The position numbers were made by a program, and so were the translations under genes. The notes beneath the pieces were generated by a model. It was not told the DNA's origin. It searched no databases and saw only the letters and a list, made by a program, of their open reading frames with translations. A stretch of 62,902 nt of DNA, counting the filler, from Octopus bimaculoides (Eukaryota), in the NCBI RefSeq assembly GCF_001194135.2. It is 4 parts of 3 records of this genome, joined end to end, with 100 filler letters (N's around TTAATTAATTAA, not from the genome) between each part and the next. Parts side by side here need not be neighbours in the genome. Positions count along the whole stretch, not along the records: positions 12,295 to 29,594 come from NC_068993.1; 3 more parts are not named here. One strand, given 5' to 3'. Positions 12,356 through 24,456 of the stretch are shown piece after piece. Positions within the stretch are counted from its first letter, which is position 1, and every line of letters begins with the position of its first letter.

Positions 12356-12597
12356 AAGCAAGCTTCCCAACACTCAATAACAATTATAAGGTTGATGTAC
12401 ATACGCAGATATACATACAGATATACACACATACATGCATATGTGTGTGTAAATATGTCTGCGCTGCATGCGCGCGTGTGTGTGTGTTAACTCGCTTCGG
12501 AGCAAGCGGACAGCAGAAATCTTCAGATGAATATATATATAAATTTGTCCATGTCTGTGTGTTTGTGTGTGAAAATATATATATGTACGTATACATA

Positions 12598-12766
12598 AGC
12601 GCAGGAGTGGGTGTGTGGTAAGTAGCTTGCTTATCAAACACATGGTTCCGGGTTCAGTCCCACTACGTGGCACCTTGGGTAAGTAAGTGTCTTCTACTAC
12701 AGCCTCGGGCCAACCAAAGCCTTGTGAGTGGATCTGGAAGACGGAAACTGAAATAAGTCCGTCGTA
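12598..12766 (+). mobile_element. SINE family A, 5' half (3' part probably continues at 13460-13620)
   Basis: Reads gcaggagtgggtgtgtggtaagtagcttgc...gggttcagtcccact...acggaaactgaaataagtccgtcgta. Confidence 0.9.
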
Positions 12767-13459
12767 NNNNNNNNNNNNNNNNNNNNNNNNNNNNNNNNNN
12801 NNNNNNNNNNNNNNNNNNNNNNNNNNNNNNNNNNNNNNNNNNNNNNNNNNNNNNNNNNNNNNNNNNNNNNNNNNNNNNNNNNNNNNNNNNNNNNNNNNNN
12901 NNNNNNNNNNNNNNNNNNNNNNNNNNNNNNNNNNNNNNNNNNNNNNNNNNNNNNNNNNNNNNNNNNNNNNNNNNNNNNNNNNNNNNNNNNNNNNNNNNNN
13001 NNNNNNNNNNNNNNNNNNNNNNNNNNNNNNNNNNNNNNNNNNNNNNNNNNNNNNNNATATATAAACGGAACAAGAACGCAACGGAGGACAATGAAAATAT
13101 ACGGACAGATGGACGATACAAGGACGGACAGGAAAACTAGGACGGAACTTTCGTGGCTTTCTAGTCATCAGTCAAACTTCCAATCATCATTACAGTTTCG
13201 GCCTGTTACACTTGAGACTGTTCAAAATTGGTAGGCCCCAAAAATCTTAGCTAAGGGCATTAAATTTTGGGAGGAAAGCGAGCGAATATGTTCGACAACA
13301 CGGATATAAAAAAGAGAAAACGGAGAAAATGTTTCACGATTACAAATACAAGCAAGAATAACAACAGGTGTCTTTCGACTAAAAGGACAAGTTAAGTTAT
13401 GCTGACCAGTGAAATGGAAGCCTTGCGGTTACAAACATAGATGAAGGTCAGGAGACATA

Positions 13460-13620
13460 TATATATATGGGTGTCTGTGTGCGTCTTTGCTTGTGTGTCT
13501 GTGTTTGTCCTCTCAACATCGCTTGACAACCGATGCTGGTGCGTTGGCGTTCCCGTAACTTAGCGGTTCGGTGAAAGATGCCGATAGAATAAGTTCTAGG
13601 CTTACAAATTATAAGTCCTG
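13460..13620 (+). mobile_element. SINE family A, central/3' part
   Basis: Reads tgtttgtcc..caacatcgcttgacaaccgatgctggtg..gtaacttagcggttcgg..gatagaataag..ggcttacaaa..taagtcctg. Confidence 0.85.
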
Positions 13621-13631
13621 AATTATAAGAC

Positions 13632-15352
13632 GACGACGAAAAAGAAGAAGAAGAAGAAGAAGAAGAAGAAGAAGAAGAANNNNNNNNNNNNNNNNNNNNN
13701 NNNNNNNNNNNNNNNNNNNNNNNNNNNNGGAGGAGGAGGAGGAGGAGAAGAAGAAGAAGAAGAAGAAGAAGAAGAAGGTTGTGGTGGAAGAAAACTTGGA
13801 GGAAGAAAATAATGATGGTGATGATGATGATACTAATTACAAAGACAATGACGATGATGATGATGGCGATTGCTTTAGTGGTTTTGCTACTGGTAGTTAT
13901 AGTGGTGGTGGTGGTGGTGGTTTCAGTAGTGGTCCTGATACTGGCGGTGGCACTGGTTGTAGTAGTTGTGGTGGTGGAGGTTGCGATGGTGGTACTAAAC
14001 CAGATGACAGATTAAGTCAACCGCTCAAGAACTCAGAACGTATAAGAGCCAAATATAACTTTAATACAAATATTACAAGACACCACCCCCCGCCAAGTCC
14101 TACGTCCGATGAGATCCGACGATCCACCGCTTTGCAATGGTATGTTTGGTACAGTTGACCTCATTAAGATTTGAGCTCAGAAGAATATTAAGAATTGGAA
14201 GGCTTTTTAAACCAGCATCGTAAACACATGACCAATTCACCTCATACAATGGATATGGTGACAATTCGGAACATGTTAGCCGCAATGATAATGATGGTTG
14301 TGGTGGTTGTGGTGATGGTGATGATGATGATGATGACAATGGTGATGACGGTGGTGGTGGTAATTATCTTCATCATTATCGCTGCTGCAGTTGCTGCTGC
14401 TGATTACGATCTATTCGCTCTTGTCCGATGTTGGCTTACGGCATTATGGTAGAGGTGAGGCTCATGTTGCTGCTGCTGCTCATGATGGTGATGGTGATGG
14501 TGGTGGTGGTGGTAGGAGTGTTGATGACGACGGCGACAACGATGGTGGTGATGATGATGATGATGATGATGGTGGTGGTTCTGATTTTGGTGGTTGTAGC
14601 TTTGATGGTGATGATAATAATCCTTCCTACTCTAAGCACAAGGCCTGAAATATGGTGGGAGGTGACTAGTCGATTACATTGTCCCCAGTACTCAAATGGT
14701 ACTCATTTTATCGACCTCGAAAGGATGAAAAGTAAATTCGAGCTCGATGGGGCTTGAACTCAGAATGTAAAGACAGATGAAATGCTAGACATTTCGGCCG
14801 ACGCGCTTAACGATTCAGCCAACACGCCGCCTTAATGGTGATGACAATAATGATAATGATTATCATTATCATGAAAATTCTGTGACTGTAAAACTTGATG
14901 CTGTTACTGATAATGATTATATTAAGATGATGATGATGCTAATAGTATCAGTAGGAAAACTTATCAAACATTTCGAACTTTTCTGAACTACTTTCATTTT
15001 CATTTTCATTGTTACCTTACCTTACGACGACGACGACGACGGCGACTACCACCGCCACCACCACTATCACAACGTCAACGGCAATAAGAACACTACCACC
15101 ATAAAACAATAACACCTTGGTGACCAATGCCCTCACCTCTTGTACACACACGAAACTTAAGTGTAAATAGAACCGCTATCACACCCACCACCACCAACAA
15201 CAACAACATGATCATCATCACCCTCACCACCACAACCACCTTCTCTACCACCAGCTTCTTTACCACTACTGTCTCTACCACCGCCACCACCACCACCACC
15301 ACCACCACCACCATCACTATCATTGTCATCGTCGTCATCGTCATCGTCGTCG

Positions 15353-15383
<31 letters not shown>

Positions 15384-15384
15384 T

Positions 15385-15416
<32 letters not shown>

Positions 15417-15446
15417 TATCATCATCATCATCATCATCATCATCAT
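13632..15446. repeat. Trinucleotide microsatellite complex: (GAA)n, (GAT/GGT)n, (ACC)n, (ATC)n
   Basis: Read directly. It is the source of the poly-D/G/M/V/I/S ORFs and contains the SINE at 14620. Confidence 0.9.
14620..14834 (-). mobile_element. SINE family C, full length
   Basis: Reverse complement starts taaggcggcgtgttggctgaatcgttaagc, carries a B-box-like ttctgagttcaag, and matches the body of 46737-46920. Confidence 0.88.
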
Positions 15447-17620
15447 NNNNNNNNNNNNNNNNNNNNNNNNNNNNNNNNNNNNNNNNNNNNNNNNNNNNNN
15501 NNNNNNNNNNNNNNNNNNNNNNNNNNNNNNNNNNNNNNNNNNNNNNNNNNNNNNNNNNNNNNNNNNNNNNNNNNNNNNNNNNNNNNNNNNNNNNNNNNNN
15601 NNNNNNNNNNNNNNNNNNNNNNNNNNNNNNNNNNNNNNNNNNNNNNNNNNNNNNNNNNNNNNNNNNNNNNNNNNNNNNNNNNNNNNNNNNNNNNNNNNNN
15701 NNNNNNNNNNNNNNNNNNNNNNNNNNNNNNNNNNNNNNNNNNNNNNNNNNNNNNNNNNNNNNNNNNNNNNNNNNNNNNNNNNNNNNNNNNNNNNNNNNNN
15801 NNNNNNNNNNNNNNNNNNNNNNNNNNNNNNNNNNNNNNNNNNNNNNNNNNNNNNNNNNNNNNNNNNNNNNNNNNNNNNNNNNNNNNNNNNNNNNNNNNNN
15901 NNNNNNNNNNNNNNNNNNNNNNNNNNNNNNNNNNNNNNNNNNNNNNNNNNNNNNNNNNNNNNNNNNNNNNNNNNNNNNNNNNNNNNNNNNNNNNNNNNNN
16001 NNNNNNNNNNNNNNNNNNNNNNNNNNNNNNNNNNNNNNNNNNNNNNNNNNNNNNNNNNNNNNNNNNNNNNNNNNNNNNNNNNNNNNNNNNNNNNNNNNNN
16101 NNNNNNNNNNNNNNNNNNNNNNNNNNNNNNNNNNNNNNNNNNNNNNNNNNNNNNNNNNNNNNNNNNNNNNNNNNNNNNNNNGTATATGTATGCATATATA
16201 AGTACATATATGTGCATATATATGTGTGTTTATATATATATATATATGTATACTCACACACTTATGTATATGTATGCATATATAAGTACATATATGTGCA
16301 TATATATGTGTGTTTATATATATATATATATGTATATATAAATGTACACACACGCGCACACACGCGCACGCACACACACACACACACATTGTATGTGTGC
16401 ATGTTTCTTTTGTGCATGTGTAGTCTTCATTACACTTTCAAACTTACAAAGAAGCTTAACAATAACAACAAACATTATAATAGCGTATAAGATGATGAGA
16501 ATGTAATGAAGATGAGGAGAATATTATGTTGATAATGATTCTGATTTGTTTATTTGAGACAAAGTCAACATATGAAAGTTTATTGTAAAAACAAATAGAA
16601 TAAAAATAATAATAATAAAAGCAACGAAAGTACAAAAGAGTAAATTATATGTTTGATTGATTGATTTATCGCAAAGCGTTTATTAAGATGTAAATCATGG
16701 ATTGTATAAGGGTTTTAAAAATATGTAACTGTATTAGAATGGCGAAATATATAATTTTCTCCGGATGGGACGAAAGGGGAAGTTAACTTCGGCGGGATTT
16801 GAACCCAGGCCGTAAAGAGACGGATATATAATAAATATATAATCTTTTCTACNNNNNNNNNNNNNNNNNNNNNNNNNNNNNNNNNNNNNNNNNNNNNNNN
16901 NNNNNNNNNNNNNNNNNNNNNNNNNNNNNNNNNNNNNNNNNNNNNNNNNNNNNNNNNNNNNNNNNNNNNNNNNNNNNNNNNNNNNNNNNNNNNNNNNNNN
17001 NNNNNNNNNNNNNNNNNNNNNNNNNNNNNNNNNNNNNNNNNNNNNNNNNNNNNNNNNNNNNNNNNNNNNNNNNNNNNNNNNNNNNNNNNNNNNNNNNNNN
17101 NNNNNNNNNNNNNNNNNNNNNNNNNNNNNNNNNNNNNNNNNNNNNNNNNNNNNNNNNNNNNNNNNNNNNNNNNNNNNNNNNNNNNNNNNNNNNNNNNNNN
17201 NNNNNNNNNNNNNNNNNNNNNNNNNNNNNNNNNNNNNNNNNNNNNNNNNNNNNNNNNNNNNNNNNNNNNNNNNNNNNNNNNNNNNNNNNNNNNNNNNNNN
17301 NNNNNNNNNNNNNNNNNNNNNNNNNNNNNNNNNNNNNNNNNNNNNNNNNNNNNNNNNNNNNNNNNNNNNNNNNNNNNNNNNNNNNNNNNNNNNNNNNNNN
17401 NNNNNNNNNNNNNNNNNNNNNNNNNNNNNNNNNNNNNNNNNNNNNNNNNNNNNNNNNNNNNNNNNNNNNNNNNNNNNNNNNNNNNNNNNNNNNNNNNNNN
17501 NNNNNNNNNNNNNNNNNNNNNNNNNNNNNNNNNNNNNNNNNNNNNNNNNNNNNNNNNNNNNNNNNNNNNNNNNNNNNNNNNNNNNNNNNNNNNNNNNNNN
17601 NNNNNNNNNNNNNNNNNNNN

Positions 17621-17740
17621 CACACCTACAAACCGCTTAGCGGCATTTTGTCCGTCTTTGCGTTCTGAGTTCAAATTCTGCCTTTCATTCTTTCGGGATC
17701 GATAAAAATAAGTACAAATTGAGCACTGAGGTTGATGTAA
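17621..17740 (+). mobile_element. SINE family C, 5' part (split by the DNA transposon; continues at 20535-20600)
   Basis: The left part ends ...gagcactgaggttgatgtaa and the right part resumes ttgatgcaatcgactc..gcaaattgctggccttgtgccaaaatttgaaac. Confidence 0.88.
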
Positions 17741-18633
17741 TAGGGCGTGTCAATTTTAATAATTTACTAAAAATCTAATTTGGTAGTGAAATTATTGTGC
17801 TACCCCCAGACTTGAAATATATATACCAAAATGGATTAAAATAACTCTAAACTACATCAATTTTATCTTGAATTTTCAATATGATGTTGTTTTGAAACAG
17901 TAACTGAAAATTTATATGAAAAACTGATCACAAAATATCACTCTTACATTATCTTTTAATTGGTTAAATAAATCTTATATTATCTTTTAATTGGTTAAAT
18001 GAAGTTTTACTCTTTTCAGATATTCATAAGATGTCAGCGCTGAAGACTAGAGGCCAGATGTCATCCCACCTCAGCCTGTTAATTGGTACAGAGAAAGATC
18101 TTTCTGTATCAGAGCTTCCAGCAGTGAGATACATTTTAAAACTTGGGTTACTTCGGGAACAACATTCCAAGGACAAAAAGAACTATATTTTTAAGGAGCT
18201 CATACATGATATAATACTCCATCTTCTGCGACAGTGGATAAAAGGTAATGCACATGCACAATTCAAACCGCCAGTGATCATACAGTGTCGAATGAGTTTT
18301 AACTCATGGGATTGTAGCGAAAAGCAGTATACACATCATTTGGTAAAGGAAACTTGGCAATGAAAAATGCTTTTCTACATTCACTTGATACATTGTTCGA
18401 TTTTTAGAACTGCAAGTGTTCCATAGTTCAAAAGAAGATTGTTCTCCCACTGGTAAGAGAGGAAATCATTCCGGTATTGACTGTTGTTGTCCTCGTGCAA
18501 AGAAGATACCTTTTCTAAAGCTAAATTTCATAAGCTCACAGAGGACAAAGACAGGAGGCCAAGGCAGTATGCAAATGGGTTCAACTGATTATAAAGAAAG
18601 AGACAGATTAATATTGAAAAAAGGAAAGGTTTT

Positions 18634-18671
<38 letters not shown>

Positions 18672-20534
18672 AGAAAAGAAGAAAATGAAGAGTGAAGTCA
18701 TGCAAAGAGAAGAACTGCACTGCCATGATATTTATCAGTTGTTTGATAGTTCTTCTGAAGAAAATGAAGTAATGTCAGATGAAAATTCTAAAGAATTTTC
18801 TGAAATCATACCAAAGACAGGAAAATATAATACAAGAGACATTTCAAGCATTGCATTAGCTAGTATTGGTCACCATACTGGACTCTGTGACACTGCAACT
18901 GCCGCTTGGATAGATACAGGCCTCATCACTCAAGAGGATTATAGATCCTCTTGGTTATGATCACAATAAACTTAGAAGAGCGCACGAAAAAGTAATGAGT
19001 GAGATACTTTTCGTTTGATGGAAGAATAGAAGAAACCAAATTTCCATCTCTAATCAAAGAAGAGCACTACACTGTCTGCTCTGAGCCTGGTGGTCAATTT
19101 TTGTTTTATTTTACCCCTGAAGTTGAAGTGGAAGGGAAAAAAATGCAGAGGTAATTGCTGATGATCGCTGGCTTCAAGAGAGAGGGCTTGAAAATTCAGT
19201 GCTGGTTATTGGGGTGGGGGATTCAACAGCAGTGAATACTGGCTGAAAGAAAGATGTAATGAGTTATTTAGAGAAAAAACTTGAAAGAAAACTTATTTGA
19301 ATTGTATGTGATTTACATACAGGTGAGCTACCTTTTCGTTACCTCATTCAAGAAATCGATAGTCCTACAAAAAGCAATAAATGGTCAGGTCCTCTTGGCA
19401 ACATGGATGAAACAACACAACTAGAAATAAATACAAACTTTCCAAAGATTGAAGTAGGCCCATCCATTCCAGTGTTGCCAGAAGAAACTGTTAAAGATCA
19501 CAGCACAGATCAGTCTTATGCTTATCGCATTGCTCAAGCAATAAGATTAGGTGAAGTACCTTCGTCATTGGTTCTGTTGGAGATTGGACCTGTTAGTCAC
19601 AGCCGTTGGTTAACTACAGCTCTGCGCTTCTGCAGGATTTGGATTTCCCGGTAGCAATTGAAGGGAAAGGCTATGAAAAATTTGAGATTAATTGTTGAAT
19701 TTATAGTTGATGTCTATCTTGCCAACTGGCTCGATGGCCCCAATCACCTTTTGTTTTAATTGCAGCTTGTAAGAACATAAAATAAGTTGGTGAAGGATAA
19801 CGTGTTACCTGTGGTGAGGAGGTCCGCATGATATGCTCGATCAGAAGCAGTGTTGCAAGCAATGCTTTCCAGCCAATGTTCAAAACTTCGTACTGAGGCT
19901 ATAGAAACCACTCTAAGAGTTACAGGTACCACATTTAAAGATGACCAGTTGGAAGACTGCTCATTTAGTCAAGGAAAAGTTGCCCAATTAAATTCAATGC
20001 CACCAGGCTGTTTGAGTTGGTTGACTTGAGTTCTAAAGTCTTGGAACCACCATTGACAACATCATTAACTAGGAAGAATCTAAAAAGCTTTAAAGACACA
20101 TCAATGATTGTACCAAAATGGCCATCACACACACACAAAGTGTTGAGAGGTGTGTTAAAATAGCCACTGAAGCTGCGAGTCATGTTTACAGTCACGAGAA
20201 GCGAAAGGATCACATCAAAGCACAAGCAGTCAACCGACAACTGATGAAAAGAAACCACAGCAAGAAGAATGTGAACGCTTTGACTACTTCCAAATAGTAT
20301 ATTGGAATGTATTATGGTATATATGAAACTGGAAACAGAAAGGTGCTGGTGAAAACCAATTATGTTCAAAATTCTCAAAACATATTTCAAACTCATATTC
20401 GTGTAGTTAAGAGTTATTTAAAATTGTTTTTGTTTCCTGAATTTCGTTTTATATGCTAAAAGGCAACAATAAATTATTACCAAAATTAAAGATTATGAAC
20501 TTTCTTATTTACTCCCCAAAATTGACACACCTTA
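17741..20534 (+). mobile_element. 2794-bp TIR DNA transposon, divergent hAT-like (resembles the group I recall as hATm)
   Basis: 17-bp TIRs tagggcgtgtcaatttt / aaaattgacacacctta differ at 2 positions. The flanking duplication is ttgatgtaa / ttgatgcaa. A decayed transposase lies inside. Confidence 0.88.
18031..20297 (+). pseudogene. Decayed hAT-like transposase
   Basis: Collinear motifs read across frames: ELP..., CCCPRAKKIP, FDGR, EEHYTVCSEPGG, DSTAVNTG*, CDLHTGELPF, STDQSY, SHSRWLT, EPPLT, PSH..QSVERCVKIATEA. Stops, frameshifts and a (GA)n run near 18640 disrupt the frame. Confidence 0.85.
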
Positions 20535-21444
20535 TTGATGCAATCGACTCATGCCTCCCCGCAAATTGCTGGCCTTGTGCCAAAATTTGAAACGAATTTA
20601 AATAAATGTATTTAATAATGGCTTTATCGACCCCGGTTGGGTATAAGAGAAACTTGACCTCAACGGGATTTTAACTCAAGGCATAAGGCATCGGAGGTAA
20701 ATATAGAGCAATGACCAAATAAATACATTTTTTCATGAAGAAAATCATTTCCAGAGTCATATTTGTTGAAATACTCACTTCAAATAGAGGGCTGGTTGTT
20801 GTTTATCAGCGACACATTAGCCATGAATGAGATCTATGATCTGACGCATTCAAGCTGTCACCTTTAAATTATATAAGGTGTACCTTGGACTACACTATTT
20901 TATACGGCCATCTTATTTTTAAGACGATAGAATTGAATTAGTTGGGGGATGTATGATTATATCGTTCAGGTTGAGTGATCATCAAGAATCTCTTTCGGAG
21001 TCTGGTCTTCAGGGCTTAGGTGAAATTAGTTGCTTAAATATTAAGATTGTTTAAATTGTACCACCCTGTTTCACAACTACATCGCTGAATGTTACATCAG
21101 CGCTTACCACCTGACTATATCCTGCCACAAAGTCACAAGATGTCAGATGTAACCGTTATTTCTGAAGTTGTTCACAGTGAATCTCCTATCACGTCAATCC
21201 CTATATTGTGGAACTCATCTACGAGCTGCCATGTAATGTAGTTGTTTAGCCTGCCCCCTCGTCCAGTCTCCACTATTAAATACAAAATACATAGTTCCAT
21301 GTCCTGCTGCGTCTCTGTACAGGATATCTTGTTTCACATAACGGCCCTGTAACGTGAGAAAATGAACAAATAAGTCACTTTCCTAAATTCTCGCTGCAAT
21401 CGTGTGATGATTTCATTTCAGAACGTTCTTTTTTTAATTACATA

Positions 21445-22490
21445 CTAACAGAGATACCCAGCGTTGCTCAGGATTAAAATGGCATAGTATGTAAATATAT
21501 TACAGTTACGTTGAAACAGGTGATACGGGAAAGTGTAACATTGACGATAAAATACTTGTGGAGTAAATAATGGGCTAATTCGACAAAGCGACATGTCATG
21601 CATCCATTTGGAGTATTCCAAGCCCTAACTTGTCATGGAAAATTGGGGGTGGGGGTATGTGCATGCCTTTGCTGATGTTGGGAAAGTCTCATTTCGCTTC
21701 TGTCTTGAGACTCCATTTGATGTGCTTCAGTATGCCTTTGCTGATCTTGAGAAAGTCTCATTTCCCATCTCTCTTGTCACTCCATCTGACGTGCTACAGA
21801 ATGCCTTTGCTGATCTTGGGAAAGTCTTATCTGCCTTCTCTCTTGAGACTCCATTTGACGTGCTGCAGGATGCGTTTGCTGATCTTGGGAAAATCTCATC
21901 TCCCTTCTCTATCGAGACTCCATTAATTTAAGGGTAAATATGTAATTGTAAATACCTTGCAACCTTGCAACTGCTGCGATAATTATGAACTGGTAATTGA
22001 ACGGTAAATGTGTATTTTTATATCCCTTGGACCTGCCATCTAATTGTGTTTTGTTTCACCTCCAGCCGTTCGTTATGTCATTCGACACACATACACTGAC
22101 ACACCATTCCGCTGTCATGGCGGTAAAGAAGAAAAGTTGCCGATGCGTAGTGTTGTTCACATTAGGATATAAATTATTCATTTATTTATCACAGTAGAAT
22201 GAAAAGTGAAAGAATAAAAGTGTAGCAATATTATAGGCTTAGAATGAAAAGTAAAAGAATAAAAGTGAAACAGTATTATATGACATTGCAATATAAATCT
22301 TATTCTTTCGCTTTTGGAACGTAATACCAAACCAGTACCAATGTTATATTGTTTTAATCCAAATGGAAAAAAATTACATGTTGACTCTCATCGGGTCTGA
22401 TACTATTACCATGTAAAATTTGATTTGATTTGATCGAGCCATTTGAGAATGCATAAGAAACAGACAGACAAAGAATCTTACATATATAGA
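21445..22490 (-). mobile_element. Non-autonomous Helitron-like element
   Basis: The minus strand starts TCtatatatgtaagattctttgtctgtctg and ends with a hairpin-like cctgagcaacgctggg plus ..tTAG|t. It carries a 69-bp repeat whose translation resembles Helitron N-terminal repeats. Confidence 0.72.
21663..21923. repeat. 69-bp tandem repeat, ~3.8 copies
   Basis: Unit is approximately atgcctttgctgatcttgggaaagtctcatttcccttctctcttgagactccatttgacgtgctgcagg. Confidence 0.95.
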
Positions 22491-22619
22491 CAAGGAAGTC
22501 AGAACTTGCAGACTCCGTTTGAGTGTATAAAGCTCTAGAAGAAAATAGCTTGAGTGAAAAAACTTGAGCCGCTTTAGGATAGCTTTTTCGAACGCATGAC
22601 TGCTCAGTGGCGTGGTTGA

Positions 22620-23057
22620 AATTTCATTGGTTTGTAATAAAGGCTTATCGGCTGTATGTGGCCCATATCAGTCGTACTATGCATGCACGACCGCACGCAC
22701 AACGTGTTTTGATAGAGGGAGAAATGTAAATAGAGTATTTAAATAGACGGGGTGCAAAAAATTTAAAATAAGTAATGTTGTAGGGAGAACGTACAAATAA
22801 CGTAAAGACAAAGATATTTACGCACGACAAAACTGAAATACACTGAAGTCAATTTTTAGGCAGATGTGGCAAAACTGAATTAAAACACATTGGGTGAACA
22901 AAAATTAAAAATAACTAAAATATTTTTCAGGGAGAACGTACAAAAACCGTATCAACAGAGATTTTTACGCACGACTAATTGAAATACACAGAAGACAATT
23001 TGTAGACTAATTGAAATACACGGAACACAATTAGTGTGTGAGTGAGTTGAAGAGGGG

Positions 23058-23121
<64 letters not shown>

Positions 23122-23126
23122 TAGAG

Positions 23127-23164
<38 letters not shown>

Positions 23165-23505
23165 TGAAAGAAACAGACATAGACAATAAGAGAGGAAACA
23201 TTACAGAAGGTGAGAGAGAATATGTGTAAGCAAGAGAAACAGAGAATGAGGAAAAGAGAGAGAAGAGAGAAATAAAGCAAAAAAGGGAGAGAATCGGTTG
23301 AAAACTGCATAAGTTTTTAGAGAAAAACCCGTGTAAAACACCGTTTTCCCGGTTTCTCGCTCTGGGCCGTTATAGTGCATGACCATCATTGGCGCATAAG
23401 TAATGTGCGTGTGTAAAGTTCGGTGAAAATCGGTTGAAAACTGTAGAAATGCATAGGTACTACACACACAACATGCACAGACATCCTTTGTTATATATAT
23501 ATATT
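22620..23505 (+). mobile_element. Helentron/HINE (DINE-1)-like non-autonomous element
   Basis: Has an internal ~150-bp-period direct repeat (agggagaacgtacaaa...tttacgcacgac) and a central (GA)n. Its end, aagttcggtgaaaatcggttgaaaactgtaga...acagacatcctttgttatatatat, is typical of HINE 3' ends. Confidence 0.55.
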
Positions 23506-24190
23506 ACAACTACCTAACATTTATTCTTTCAGTTAGGTTCCCGTATCTAGAATTCATCTTTTGCCAATAGCACTAGCAAAGCCCGGGACTAGATTTCGAC
23601 TTTTGTTGCTGATATAAAAATATTTTTTAATCATTTTCGTTCGGCGAAAGATGCGTGAATGTTGTTGTTTTTGTTGTTCTTGTAGATATCAAACATGTCT
23701 GTGAATTATATATATTAGTCTTATTGTCTATAGAAGCTTCATTATGTTTTCTTTTAAAATGTGTGAATTTTTCGTAAAGATTTTAAAGAATTTTTGTTTA
23801 TCGTGTTTACAAGATTTGTTTTCTTGTGTTCAGGGATATCTGTTATGTAGACATAATTAATGTTTATCATTGTTTTGACACGACCTCTTACTGCTACACC
23901 AGAAAAAGAAGGCACTTTTAAAACTTTGTCGAAGTCATAGATATTTTTTAAATGATATAAATACGTAAAGGACAGATCTTATTGTCAACTTCAAGAAAAG
24001 AGGTGGGCTATACTTTTGAGCAGCTCCTGTTTGAAAATAACGAGAAGGAAAATTGTTTATTTAGTAAACGTGACAAAAGTTCCGATATTTTCAACGTGAG
24101 ACTACGCAAATCTATCTATAACAAAGTAATAATAATAATAATAATAATAATGATAATAATGATAATAATAATAATAATTAAAAATAAATA

Positions 24191-24258
<68 letters not shown>

Positions 24259-24259
<1 letters not shown>

Positions 24260-24395
24260 CCTTTCTACTATAGCTACAAGGCCTGAAATTTTGGGGAGGG
24301 GGCTAGTCGATTGCATCGACCCCAATGTTTCACTCGTCCTTAATTTATCAACCCCGAAAGGATAAAGGGCAAATTAGTCCTCGATGGAATTTGAA
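24259..24395 (-). mobile_element. SINE family C, 5'-truncated, with (ATT)n tail at 24126-24258
   Basis: Contains caaggcctgaaattttggggagggg..ctagtcgattgcatcgacccc..ccccgaaaggat. Confidence 0.85.
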
Positions 24396-24456
24396 CAACA
24401 ACAACAACAACAACAACAACAACGACTACATTATCATCAACAACAACAATAATAAT

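Noticed and set aside
13781-14158. 125-aa Asp/Gly-rich ORF resembling a low-complexity structural protein
   Set aside because: It is built from GAT/GGT repeats next to a gap, with no splice or homology support.
16182-16340. Duplicated ~75-bp AT-rich unit beside a gap
   Set aside because: It is low-complexity and at a contig edge, so it is probably a minisatellite or assembly overlap.
19965-20396. 143-aa minus-strand ORF
   Set aside because: It is the antisense of the decayed transposase C-terminus.
21663-21923. Regular repeat array as a possible CRISPR
   Set aside because: The units are contiguous 69-bp tandem copies with no unique spacers, the context is eukaryotic, and no cas genes are present.
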